DNA of 64,000 bases, taken from positions 682,001-746,000 of the forward strand of contig CM075989.1 in assembly GCA_038087875.1 (NCBI GenBank), written 5' to 3'. Made by a program: the position numbers and the translations under genes. Origin of the DNA: Malacoraja senta (Eukaryota). The notes under the pieces were generated by a model that saw only the letters and a list, made by a program, of their open reading frames with translations, made no database searches and was not told where the DNA came from. This document shows positions 47,801 through 59,329 of the stretch, piece by piece (position 1 is the stretch's first letter; each line of letters begins with the position of its first letter).

Positions 47801-50196
47801 GGAGTCTATTGGCTCTTTAAAAAATGGTAAAGCAGTAGGACCAGATGGTTTAGGCTCTGAATTTTATTAAAAAATTTATGACTTGCTATGCCCACGTTTA
47901 CAAAGGCTGTATGAGCATATCTATACTCAACAGAAACTCCCAGATACTTTAAATGAATCTATAATAACACTTATTCCTAAAGCTGATAAAGATCCGGAAG
48001 ATCCGGGATCATATAGAGCAATTGCACTTTTAAATACAGATCAAAAAATATTAACTAAAATACTAGCGCATAGATTAAGTACAGTGATGAATAAAATAAT
48101 ACACCCTGACCAAACAGGCTTTATTCAGAAACGGTACTCATATTATAATCTAAGAAGATTATTTAATATTATTTATTCTAAGAGAATTATTAATGAAGAT
48201 CTAGCAATAATCTCACTCGATGCTGAAAAAGCATTTGATCAGGTTGAATGGTCTTATTTATTTTTTCAGTGATGGAAAATATGCAGCTAGGGGAGAAATT
48301 CTGTACATGGATAAAACTGTTATATACAAATCCTACGGCTAGAATATTAACAAATCAAAGGTTGTCATCAAAATTCAGCCTATCTAGAGGTTGTAGACAA
48401 GGATGCCCGTTATCTCCATTATTATTTGCTTTAGCTATTGAGCCACTTGCAGAAAGAGTTAGGGGTCATCCGGAAATATATGGGTATATCACAAAGGACA
48501 CAGTGAATAAAATTTCTCATTTACTAATTTACTAATTTACATTACAAAACCAGAAATTAGTATTCCAAACTTATTAGAGCTAATAACCCAATTTGGTTCA
48601 CTCTCAGGATACAGAATAAATTGGAATAAAAGTGAAATTATGCCAATAAGGGAACATAACAAACACATAATACAACAATTTCCATTTAAAATAGTAAACG
48701 AAAAATGTAAATACCTAGGTATCTATGTAACTAAGATATATACATCATTATTTAAAGCAAATTTTCCCCCACTACTGAATAAACTACATAAGAATATTCA
48801 ATACTGGAAAACACTTCCTATCTCAATGATTGGCAAAATTAATGCCATAAAAATGTTATACCTTTTTCAGACAATTCCGATATATTTGTCAAAAAACTTT
48901 TTTTTTAAATTGGACTCTATTGTTAATGATTTTATCTGGGATGATAAGAATCATAGGATAAACAAAAGACATTTGTGTAAATCAAAAATAAATGGAGGTT
49001 TGGTTTTACCCAACTTTCTGTTTTATTTTTGGGCAGTTAATATTAAAAATATGAATTTCTGGTTGGAAGAAATAGAGCAACAACCAGATTGGTTAAAAAT
49101 GGAAAAGGAAGATTGTTTGCCTTTTGATATCGGTTCGATATTATTTGCTACATCTAAATTAAACAAAAAAATTTATAGGGAAAACCCTATAATATTTAGT
49201 GCCATACGAATTTGGAAACAATTAAAAAAGACATTAAAATTAGATAATTTATCACTTTTTCTCCCCATTGTGAATAACCCTTTGTTTAAACCCTCATGGT
49301 TGGACAGGGGTTTTACACAATGGAAGAATTATGGAATTAAAAATATGGGACAACTTTATAAGGAAGGCACCTTTCTGACATTTCAGGAGTTGCAACAGAC
49401 TTATGGACTTCGAGGAAATGATTATTTCAGATATCTTCAACTCAGAGATTATGTAAAATCGAATACTCAAAACTTTCGAATTAGAAATTCAGAAATTCTT
49501 GACGAATGTTGGAATAAACATCCTAATACAGAAAAATTAATATCTTATATATATAATATCTTATTAGACAGTGACATTCCATCGACGGACTTACACAGAC
49601 AAACATGGGAAAAAGAATTAAATGAAATAATAACGAAAGATACTTGGGAAGAAAGTTTACAACATATACATCAATGTTCATTAAATGCCAGACATTCTTT
49701 AATACAATTTAAAGTAATACATAGATTACATTATTCAAAAACAATATTACATAAAATCTTTCAACATATCTCACCTATATGTGATAAATGTCAACATTTA
49801 GAATCCACCTTATCTCATATGTTTGCAAACTGTACAAAAATTAAAAAATACTGTGTAAATATTTTTAGTATAATATCTAAAGTGACCAGCACACAAGTGG
49901 ACCCGGATCCAAAATTTATAATACTCGGAACATCAGAATTAATTCAAACATTTACAACAACACAAAGAAACTTTATTGATTATAGTATAATAACAGGAAA
50001 AAAATTAATTCTAAAATTTTGGAAAGGCCCTACGGCCCCCACAATCAAAATGTGGATTATAGAAATGACGGAGACCTTAAACGTGGAAAGAATCAGATTT
50101 TCCCTGTTGGACAAACAGGAAGTATTCGTTGGAACATGGTCTCCCTTTATTGATTATTTAAAGGGTCAGAATGGTTCAGCACGGGAACCTGACTAA
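44868..50196 (+). pseudogene. L1 ORF2 (EN-RT-Cys), disrupted by a CR1 insertion, stops and frameshifts
   Basis: SWNVKG, LQETHL, GDFN, RIDY, SDH, DAEKAFD, RQGCPLSP and CDKC..H..C motifs. Confidence 0.93.
45983..47511 (+). mobile_element. 5'-truncated CR1 (same family as 1-3130) inserted in L1 ORF2
   Basis: L1 KTKQL|HFEF is split; 4-bp aatt duplication; (TATATGG)n tail. Confidence 0.95.
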
Positions 50197-51102
50197 TGCT
50201 CGGGCTAAAAAATGGATGAAATGCTATATTCTGAAATGTACGAATATATCTCGAATGAAGTTTTTTATTTTAATAATTTTTTCCACTCTTCTTTAACTAT
50301 CTTTCTCTTTTGTTTTGGGTTTTTTTTGTGTTTTTTTTTTTTTTTCTCTCTTTTTCTTCTCTTTCTTTTCTTTCTTTACTTCATCTATCTTTTTAGTTCT
50401 ATCTAGTTTAAAATTTAAAAAAAAAGGCAAAAGGTATTGGAGACAATGTAATAATAAATGTGATAATATTATCAATTTAAAAATGTAAGACTGTAATGAT
50501 GTTAATAGGTTATGTACTTATCTCCAATAAAAAATATTTTCAAAAAAAAAAAAAGAATAAAGGGGAGGTCATTTAAGACTGAGGTGAGAAAAAACTTTTT
50601 CATCCAGAGAGTTGTGAATTTATGGAATTCCCTGCCACAGAGGGCAGTGGAGGCCAAATCACAGGATGGATTTAAGAGAGAGTTAGATAGAGCTCTAGGG
50701 GCTAGTGGAGTCAAGGGACATGGGGAGAAGGCAGCACGGGTTATTGATAGGGGACGATCAGCCATGATCACAATGAATGGCGGTGCTGGCTCGAAGAGCC
50801 GAATGGCCTCCTCCTGCACCTATTTTCTATGTTTATAATTGTCTCCAGCATCTTCCCCACCACCGATGTCAGGCTAACTGGTTTATAATCCCTTGTTTTC
50901 TCTCTCCCATCTTTCTTAAAAAGTGGGATAACGTTAGCTACCCTCCAATCCACAGGAACTGATCCTGAGTCTATAGAACATCGGAAAATTATCACCAATG
51001 CATCCACGATTTCTGGAGCCACTTCCTTAAGTACCCTGGGATGCACACCATCAGGCCCTGGGGATTTATCAGCCTTCATTCCCATCTGTCTATCCAACAC
51101 CA

Positions 51103-51922
51103 TTTCAGATTCAGATTCAGATTCAGATTCAATTTTAATGTCATTGCACTTTTCAGTGCAAAGAAATGGTTTAGCCTGCAGTCATAACAAAGAATAAATA
51201 ACAAAAACACACACTCAACACAGTTTAACATCCACCACAGTGAGTCAACCAGGCGCCTCCTCACTGTGATGGAAGGCAAAAAGTCCCAAAGTCCTTGTCT
51301 CTTCCCTCCTTGCTCTCCCTCTGCGCGGAGACGATCCAGGCCTCTGAAGTTGTGACCCTGCCGGGTGATGGTAAGTCAGTCCCGCGGCTGAATCTGAGAT
51401 CCGCGAACGGGCCGGTTCAAACTCCGCGGCCCGGGGCGTTCGAAGCTGCCGAAGCTGCCGCCCTCCAGTCCAGCGGACGGAGCTGTTATTGCGGGAGCTC
51501 CGGAAAAACAGGTCACCAACCTGTGACTTGCGAGCTACCGACGATGTCGTCTACTGGCCCGCGCCGAGCCTCGGAGGCTCCGATGTCGGGTCGCCGCCGC
51601 TGCAACGTCACCACAGCCCCGAATTCGGCCAGCCTCGCGTTAGTAAGTCCTGGCTCTGCCTCCGGAGCCTCGAGGTCGGTCCCAGTTGGAGGCCGCCAGC
51701 TCCGGCATTAGGCCTCAGTGCAGATGGAGACGGAGACGGGGGATACGGCAAGAAAGGTCGCATCCCCCCCCGAAGGAAGTCAAAAAACATGTTTGTCCCA
51801 CCCCCCCACACATACACAACTAAAATAAACTGAAATAAACTGTAACAACGGGACAAAAGAAAACAAAAAAAGTAAAGACAAACGGACTGCAGGCGAGCCG
51901 CAGCTGCAAGGCAGCGCCACCA
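51103..51922 (-). mobile_element. Non-autonomous LINE-dependent element with (TCTGAA)n tail (Rex1/Babar-like ends)
   Basis: GC-rich body, hexamer tail at 51103-51130, interrupts CR1 ORF2. Confidence 0.6.
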
Positions 51923-53812
51923 CTTCCGGATGTGGATTTCCTTTAGTTCCTCTGTCACCTCAGATCCTCTGGCCACTTCTATATCAGGAAGATTGTTTGT
52001 GTCCTCCATAGTGAAGACAGATCCAAAGTACCTGTTCAACTCATCCGCCATTTCCTTGTTCCCCATAATAAATTCACCTTTTTCGGTCTTCAAGGGTCCA
52101 ACTTAGGTCTTAACTATTTGTTTTCCTCTTCACATACCTAAAGAAGCTTTTACTATCCTGCTTTATATTCTTGGCTAGCTTACCTTCGTACCTCATCTTT
52201 TCTCCCCGTATTGTCTTTTTGGTTATCTTCTGTTGTTTTTTAAACATTACCCAATCCTCTTGCTTCCCGCTCATCTTTGCTACGTTGTACTTCTTTGCTT
52301 CCAATTTTATACTGTCGCTGACGTTCCTTGTCAGCCATGGTCGTCCCTTTCTCCCCTTGGAATCTTTCTTCCTCCTAGGAATGAACTGATCCTGCTCCTT
52401 CTGTGTTATTCCTAGAAACACCTGCCATTTCTGTTCCACTGTCATCCCTGCTAGTGTATCTTTCCAGTCAACTTTGGCCAGCTCCTCCCTCATGGCCCCA
52501 TAGTGCCCTTTATTCAACTGCAACACTGACACCTCCGATCTACTCTTCTCCCTCTCCAATTGTAGATTAAACCTGACCATGTTATGATCACTGCCTCCTA
52601 ATGGCTCATTAACCTCGAGGTCCTTTATCAAATCCGGTTCATTACATAACACTAAATCCAGAATTGCCTTCTCCCTGGTAGGCTCCAATACAAGCTGTTC
52701 ATCACGAAGACACTCTACAAAGTCCCTTTCTTGGGGTCCAGTACCAACCTGATTTTCCCAGTCTACCTGCAGGTTGAAATCTCCCATAACAACCACAGCA
52801 TTACTTTTACTACATGCCAATTTTAACTTCTGATTCAACTTGCGCCCTATGTCCAGGCTACTGTTTGGGGGCCTGTAGATTAGTCTCATTAGGGTATTTT
52901 TAGCCTAACAATTCCTTAGTTCTATCCATACTGACTCCATATCTCCTGTTTCAATGTCACCCCTTGCAAGGGACTGAATGTAATTCCTCACCAACAGGGC
53001 GACCCCATCCCCTCTGCCCACCTGTCCATCTTTTTGATAGGAGGTATACCCTTGAATATTCAGTTCCCAGCCCTGGCCCTCTTGCAGCCATGTCTCAGTA
53101 ATTCCCACAACATCATACTTGCCAGTTTCTAACTGAGCCTCAAGCTCGTCCACTTTATTCCTTATACTTCACGCATTAATATACAGTACATTGACCTCCG
53201 TATTCACTTCCCCCCTCGTACCGCTCGCAATTGGCCCTGACATTACCCTGTTGTCCATTCTCAAGCTTTCCTTCCCATTAATTCGAGAATCTTTTGTAAT
53301 TTTTCCTGTAGCCACTTCCCCTTCAACTCCATCTTTATACTCCCAATTTGTCAATCCCTTCCCCCCACTATTTAGTTTAAACCAACACGTGTAATCCTAG
53401 CAAACCTGCCAGGCAGTATGTCGGTCCCCCTCCAGTTAAGGTGTAACCTTTTGTACAGGTCACCCCTACCCCAGAAGGGATCCCAGTGGTCTTTAAATCT
53501 AAATCCTTGCTCCTTACACCAGCCCCTCAGCCACACATTCAGATCCCTTATCTCCCTGTTCCTGTCCTCACTGGCACAAGGTACTGGAAGTCATCCAGAG
53601 ATAACCACTCTAGAAGTCCAGCATTTGTCTTCTTCCCAACTCTCTGAAGTCATGTTGGAGAACCTCCTTCCTCTTCTTCCCGATGTCGTTTGTGCCTACG
53701 TGCACAACTACTGCCGGCTATTCACCTTCTCTCTCTCGAATGTTCAGAATTCGGCTCGTGACATCCTGAACCCTGGCACCAGGGAGGCAACAGACCATCC
53801 TTGCATCTCCTC

Positions 53813-54079
53813 TGATGAACCCCCTAGATCCCATTGTACTTCCCCTTTTCCCAACTTGACACCATTTAGATAATAATCTGCCTTCCTATTTTTGCTATCA
53901 AAGTGGATAACCACATATTTACCCACATTAAACTGCATCTGCCCACTCACCCAACCTGTCCAAGTCAACCTGCATCCATATAGCATCGTCCTCACAGTAC
54001 ACACTGCCATCCAGCTTTGTGTCATCTGCAAATTTGCTAATGTTACTTTTTATCCTGTCATCCAAATCATTAATATATA
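53813..54079 (-). mobile_element. CR1 RT fragment ending at the Helitron terminus
   Basis: YINDLDD..KFADD..QFNV remnants. Confidence 0.85.
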
Positions 54080-54215
54080 CTAGACCAAGTGGGACCCATT
54101 GGGTCCCATCCCCTCATTGCGTTGTTGCGGGGGAGCATTGGTGGCCTGCTGTGTCACACACATGCTAATCACTGCCCCCCCACACACACACACACACTAA
54201 CCACCTCCCTTGATA
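54080..54215 (-). mobile_element. Helitron 3' terminus
   Basis: Minus strand has a perfect hairpin TGGGACCCA-a-TGGGTCCCA (54090-54108), 6 nt, then CTAG followed by T. Confidence 0.8.
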
Positions 54216-54487
54216 TCTATCTATATAATTTTCCCATCGATGAAAAATAAAAGATTTATTAATGTTTAAATAATGTTGAGATTCTCTCTCCTGTCAATCA
54301 CACCATGAAGACCACGCCCTTTCCGGTGGGAGAGGGAGGACTATAAAACCCAGAAGTGAGGAGTGCCTCAGTCTCTGCAAGAAGGAGGAGCGAGGGGTCA
54401 CGACTCTCAGTCTGAGCTGTGAATAACACTGAACACATGTATACTAAACTGTGAGTGGTTTTACTGACCTGTGAGTGCCCTTAATAT

Positions 54488-54630
54488 GGTTTGAAAATGT
54501 AGTTTGAAAATGCGGTTTGAAAATACGGTTTGAAAATGCGGTTTGAAAATGCGGTTTGAAAATGCGGTTTGAAAATGCAAAAGTGCTTGGTTTGAAAATG
54601 CAAAAGTGGTTGGTTTGAAAATGCAAAAGT
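54488..54630. repeat. 13-bp tandem repeat GCGGTTTGAAAAT
   Basis: About 7 exact-period units plus 2 longer variants. Confidence 0.95.
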
Positions 54631-55012
54631 TTAAAAGTCTAATTTTGACCACTTCCTGTTTGCGCTGTATATTGATTTTAGAAAAAATGCTACCACGTAT
54701 GGCTGTGATTTTGGGCCATCTCCCTCCGCTCATCAGGTGCCGAGGATTTTTCCCATCGATGGAAAATAAAAGTTATTAATGTTAAAATAATGTTGAGATT
54801 CTTTCTCCTGTCAATCATGCAATGAAGGCCACGCCCCTTTCGGTGGGAGGAGGGAGGGACTATGAACCCCAGAAGTGTGGGTGTGGCTCAGTCTCTGCAA
54901 GATGGGGAGAGTTGACGACTCTATGCCTGAGCAGTAAATCAACTGAACACACTGAATGTCTACTGAACTGTGAGTGTGGCTTTTATGTGGCTTTTATGTG
55001 GTTTTGTGGTGG

Positions 55013-55515
55013 TTTCACCCTGCTTGAAATGCAATGAAACTGCATTTGAATTTGGTAGCCTTGCACCCTGCTTGAAGTGCTATGAAAGTGCACTTCAATT
55101 GGGTGGCCTTGCACCCTGCTTGAAGTGGTTTGAAACTGCACTTGAATTTGATGGCATTGCACCCTGCTTAAAGTGGAATGAAACTGCACTTGAGTTTGGT
55201 GGCCTTGCACCCTTCTTGAAGTGGCATGAATCTGCACTTGAGTTTGTTGGCCTTGCACCTTGCTTCAACTGGCATTAATCTGCATTTGAATTTGGTGGCC
55301 TTGCACCCTGCTTGAATAGGCATGAAACTGCACTTGAATTTGGGGGCCTTGCACCCTGCTTGAAATGGTATGAAACTGCACTTGAACTTGGTGGCCTTGC
55401 ACCCAGCTTGAAATGGCATGACCCTGCACTTGAATTGGGTGGCTTTGCACCCAGCTTGAAATGGCATGACACTGCATTTGAATTTGGTGGCCTTGCACCC
55501 TGCATGAAATGGCAT
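55013..55515. repeat. 48-bp satellite, block 1
   Basis: Consensus TGGCATGAAACTGCACTTGAATTTGGTGGCCTTGCACCCTGCTTGAAG, ~10 units. Confidence 0.97.
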
Positions 55516-55740
55516 AAAAGTTATTAATGTTAAAATAATGTTGAGATTCTCTCTCCTGTCAATCACGCAATAAAGGCCACGCCCCTTTCGGTGGGAGGAG
55601 GGAGGGACTATGAACCCCAGAAGTGTGGGCGTGGCTCAGTCTCTGCAAGATGGGGAGAAAGAGTTGACGACTCTATGCCTGAGCTGTAAATCAACTGAAC
55701 ACACTGAATGTCTACTGAACTGTGAGTGTGGCTCACAGTA

Positions 55741-57260
55741 CAAATGTCATTAGAAACGGGAATAATGCCGGAGGATTGGCGTACTGCGCATGTTGTTCCG
55801 TTGTTTAAAAACGGTTCTAAGAGTAAACCTAGCAATTATAGACCTGTTAGTTTGACGTCAGTGGTGGGCAAATTAATAGAAAAGATACTTAAAGATAATA
55901 TATATATAAGCATCTGGATAAGCAGGGTCTGATTAGGAACAGTCAACATGGATTTGTGCCTGGAAGGTCATGTTTGACTAATCTTCTAGAATTTTTCGAA
56001 GAGGTTACTAGGGAAATTGATGAGGGTAAAGCAGTGGATGTTGTCTATATGGACTTCAGTAAGGCCTTTGACAAGGTTCCTCATGGAAGGTTGGTTAAGA
56101 AGATTCAATTGTTGGGTATTAATGGTGGAGTAGCAAGATGGATTTAACAGTGGCTGAATGGGAGATGCCAGAGAGTAATGGTGGATGGGTGTTTGTCAGG
56201 TTGGAAGCCGGTGACTAGTGGGGTGCCTCAGGGGTCTGTGTTGGATCCACTGTTGTTTGTCATGTACATCAATGATCTGGATGATGGTGTGGAAAATTGG
56301 ATTAGTAAGTATGCAGATGATACTAAGATAGGTGGTGTGGTGGATAATGAAGTAGATTTTCAAAGTCTACAGAGAGATTTAGGCCATTTGGAAGAGTGGG
56401 CTGAAAGATGGCAGATGGAGTTTAATGCTGATAAACGTGAGGTACTACATCTCGGCAGGACAAATCAAAATAGGACGTACATGGTAAATGGTAGAGAATT
56501 GAGGAATGCAGTTGAACAGAGGGATCTAGGAATAACTGTGCATAGTTCCCTGAAGGTGGAATCTCATGTAGATAGGGTGGTAAAGAAAGCTTTTGGGGTG
56601 CTGGCCTTTATAAATCAGAGCATTGAATATAGAAGTTGGGCTGTAATGTTAAAATTGTACAAGGCATTGGTGAGGCCAATTCTGGAGTATGGAGTACAAT
56701 TTTGGTCGCCTAATTATAGGAAGGATGTCAACAAAATAGAGAGAGTACAGAGGAGATTTACTAGAATGTTGCCTGGGTTTCAGGAACTAAGTTACAGAGA
56801 AAGGTTGAACAAGTTAGGTCTTTATTCTTTGGAGCACAGAAGGTTAAGGTGGGGACTTGATAGAGGTCTTTAAAATTATGAGCAGGTTAGACAGAGTTGA
56901 CGTGGATAAGCTTTTTCCATTGAGAGTAGGGAAGATTCAAACAAGGGGACATGACTTGAGAATTAAGGGACAGAAGTTTAGGGGTAACATTAGGGGGAAC
57001 TTCTTTACTCAGAGAGTGGTAGCTGTGTGGAATTAGCTTCCAGTGGAAGTGGTGGAGGCTGGTTCAATTTTATCCTTTAAAAATAGATTGGATGGGTATA
57101 TGGACGGGAAAGGAATGGAGGGTTATGGTTTGAGTGCAGGTAGATGGGACTAGGGGGAAGTATTTATTTTAAAAAAAATAATAATAATAATAATAATGTT
57201 CAGCACGGACGTGAAGGGCCGAGATGGCCTGTTTCCGTGATGTAATGGTTATATGGTTAT
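55741..57260 (+). mobile_element. 5'-truncated CR1 within the satellite array
   Basis: RT motifs; (TATATGG)n tail; near-identical to 45983-47511. Confidence 0.95.
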
Positions 57261-59328
57261 ATGGCATGAAACTGCATTTAAGTTTGGTGGCCTTGCACCC
57301 TGCTTGAAGTGACATGAAATGGCACGAGTGTTGTGGACCTGCACCCTGCTTGAAGCAGCATGAAACAGCACTTGCGTTTGGTGGCCCTGCACTCTGCTAG
57401 AAGTGTCATGAAACTGCACTTGAATTTGGTGGCCCTGCACACCGCTTGAAGTGGCAGGAAACTTCACTTGAATTTGGTGGGCCTGGAGCCTGCTTGAAGT
57501 GGCAGGAAACTGCACTTGAATTTGGTGGCCCTGGAGCCTGCTTGAAATGGCATGACACTGCATTTGAATTTGGTTGCCCTGCACCGTGCATCACATGGCA
57601 TGAAACTGCATTTGAGTTTGGTGGCCTTGCACCCTGCTTGAATTGGCATGAAATGGCAATATAATTTGGTGGCCTTGCACCCGGCTTGAAGTGGTAGGAA
57701 ACTGCACTTGAATTTGGTGGCCATGCACACTGCTTGAAAAGTTATGATACTGCATTTGAATTTGGTGGCCTTGCACCCAGTTGGAAATGGTATGAAACTG
57801 CACTTGAATTTGGTGGCCTTCCACCCTGCTTGAAATGGCATGAAACTGCACTTGAATTTGGTGGCCTTGCACCCTGCTTCGAGTGGCATTAAACTGCACT
57901 TAAATTTGGTGGCCTTGCACCCTGCTTGAAGTGGAATGAAACTGCATTTGAGTTTGGTGGCATTGCACCCTTCTTGAAGTGGCATGAAACTGCACTTGAG
58001 TTTGGTGGCCTAGCACCTTGCTTGAAGTGTAATGAAACTGTACTTGAGTTTGGTAGCCTTGCACACTGCTGGAAGTGGCATGAAACTGCACTTGAGTTTG
58101 TTGGCCTTGCACCCTGCTGGAAATGGCCGGAAAATGCACTTGAATTTCGTGTCCTTGCACCCAGCTTGTAGTGCATTAAACTGCACTTGAATTTGGTAGC
58201 CTTGCACCCTGCTTGAAATTGTATGAAACTGCACTTGAACTTGGTGGCCTTGCACCCAGCTTGAAATGGCATGACACTGCATTTGAATTTGGTGTCCTTG
58301 CACCCTGCATGAAATGGCATGAAACTGCATTTGAGCTTGGTGGCCTTGCACCCTGCTTGAAGTGGCTTGAAACGGCAATTGAGTTTGGTGGCCTTGCACC
58401 CTGCTTGAAGTGGCATGAAATGGCATTTCAATTTGGTGGCCTTGCACCCTGCTTGAAGTGGCATAAAACGGCATTTGAGTTTGGTGGCCTTGCACCCTGC
58501 TTGAAGTGGCATGAAAAGGCACTAGAGTTTTGTGGACCTGCACCTTGCATGAATTGGCATGAAACAGCCCTTGAGCTTGGTGGACCTGCACCCTTCTTGA
58601 TGTGGCATGAAACGGCACTTAAATTTGGTGGCTCTGCAGCCTGCTTGAAGGGGCAGGAAACTGCACTTGAATTTAGTGGCAATGCACCCTGCATGAAATG
58701 GCATGAAATTGCATTTGAGTTTGGTGGCCTTGCTCCATGCTTGAAGTGGCATGAAACGGTATTTGAGTTTGGTGTGCTTGCACCCTGCTTGAAGTGGCAT
58801 GAAATGTAATTTGAATTAGCTGGCCTTGCACCCTGCTTCAACTGGTAGGAAACTGCACTTGAATTGCATGGTCTTGCACCCTGCTTGAAATGGTATGAAA
58901 CTGCACTTGAATTTAGTGGCCTTGCACCCAGCTTGAAATGGTATGAAACCGCACTTGAATTTGGTGGCCTTGCACCCTGTTTGAAATAGCATGAAACTGC
59001 ACTTGAATTTGGTGGCCTCACACCCTGCTTCAAGTGGCATTAAACTGCACTTAAATTTTGTGGCCTTGCACCCTGCTTGAAATGTCATGAAACTGCACTT
59101 GAGTTTGGTGGCCGAGCACCCTGCTTGGTGTAGTGAAACTGCACTTGAGTTTGGTGGCCTTGCACCCTGCTTGAAGTGGCATGAAACTACACTTGAGTTT
59201 GTTGAACTTGCACCCTGCTTGAAGTGGCATGACACTGCACTTGAATTGCGTGGCCTTGCACCCTGCTTGAAATGGCATGACATTGCACTTGAATTGGGTG
59301 GCCTTGCACCCTTTTTGAAGTGGCATGA
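57261..59328. repeat. 48-bp satellite, block 2
   Basis: About 43 diverged units of the same consensus. Confidence 0.97.
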
Positions 59329-59329
59329 C

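Larger units (their letters stand above)
42747..50553 (+). mobile_element. Full-length L1-clade LINE
   Basis: 5' GGACTTCCGG, ORF1, AT-rich spacer, ORF2, AATAAA + poly(A); 16-bp TSD agaataaaggggaggt (42731-42746 / 50554-50569) inside a + strand CR1 3' fragment (42659-50831). Confidence 0.95.
41437..53812 (-). mobile_element. Long CR1 LINE (ORF1 SGNH-esterase part, EN, RT, 3' UTR) split by nested insertions
   Basis: ORF1 VVHVGTNDI and SRVVISG at 53400-53800; EN at 52110-53200; RT GKMLETII (50832) resumes as KDEIAAHL (42652); tail at ~41437. Confidence 0.9.
54216..59328 (+). mobile_element. Helitron-like composite carrying a thrice-repeated ~220-bp module, a 13-bp repeat and a 48-bp satellite
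   Basis: Starts gata|TCTATCTATATAAT; 54630-54720 matches the 5' motif of 8200-8306; modules at 54228-54458, 54748-54980 and 55516-55731; 3' end not seen. Confidence 0.55.

Noticed and set aside
55013..59328. CRISPR-like regular array or repeat-protein gene
   Set aside because: No unique spacers, no cas genes and eukaryotic context; the frame is broken by stops and indels.
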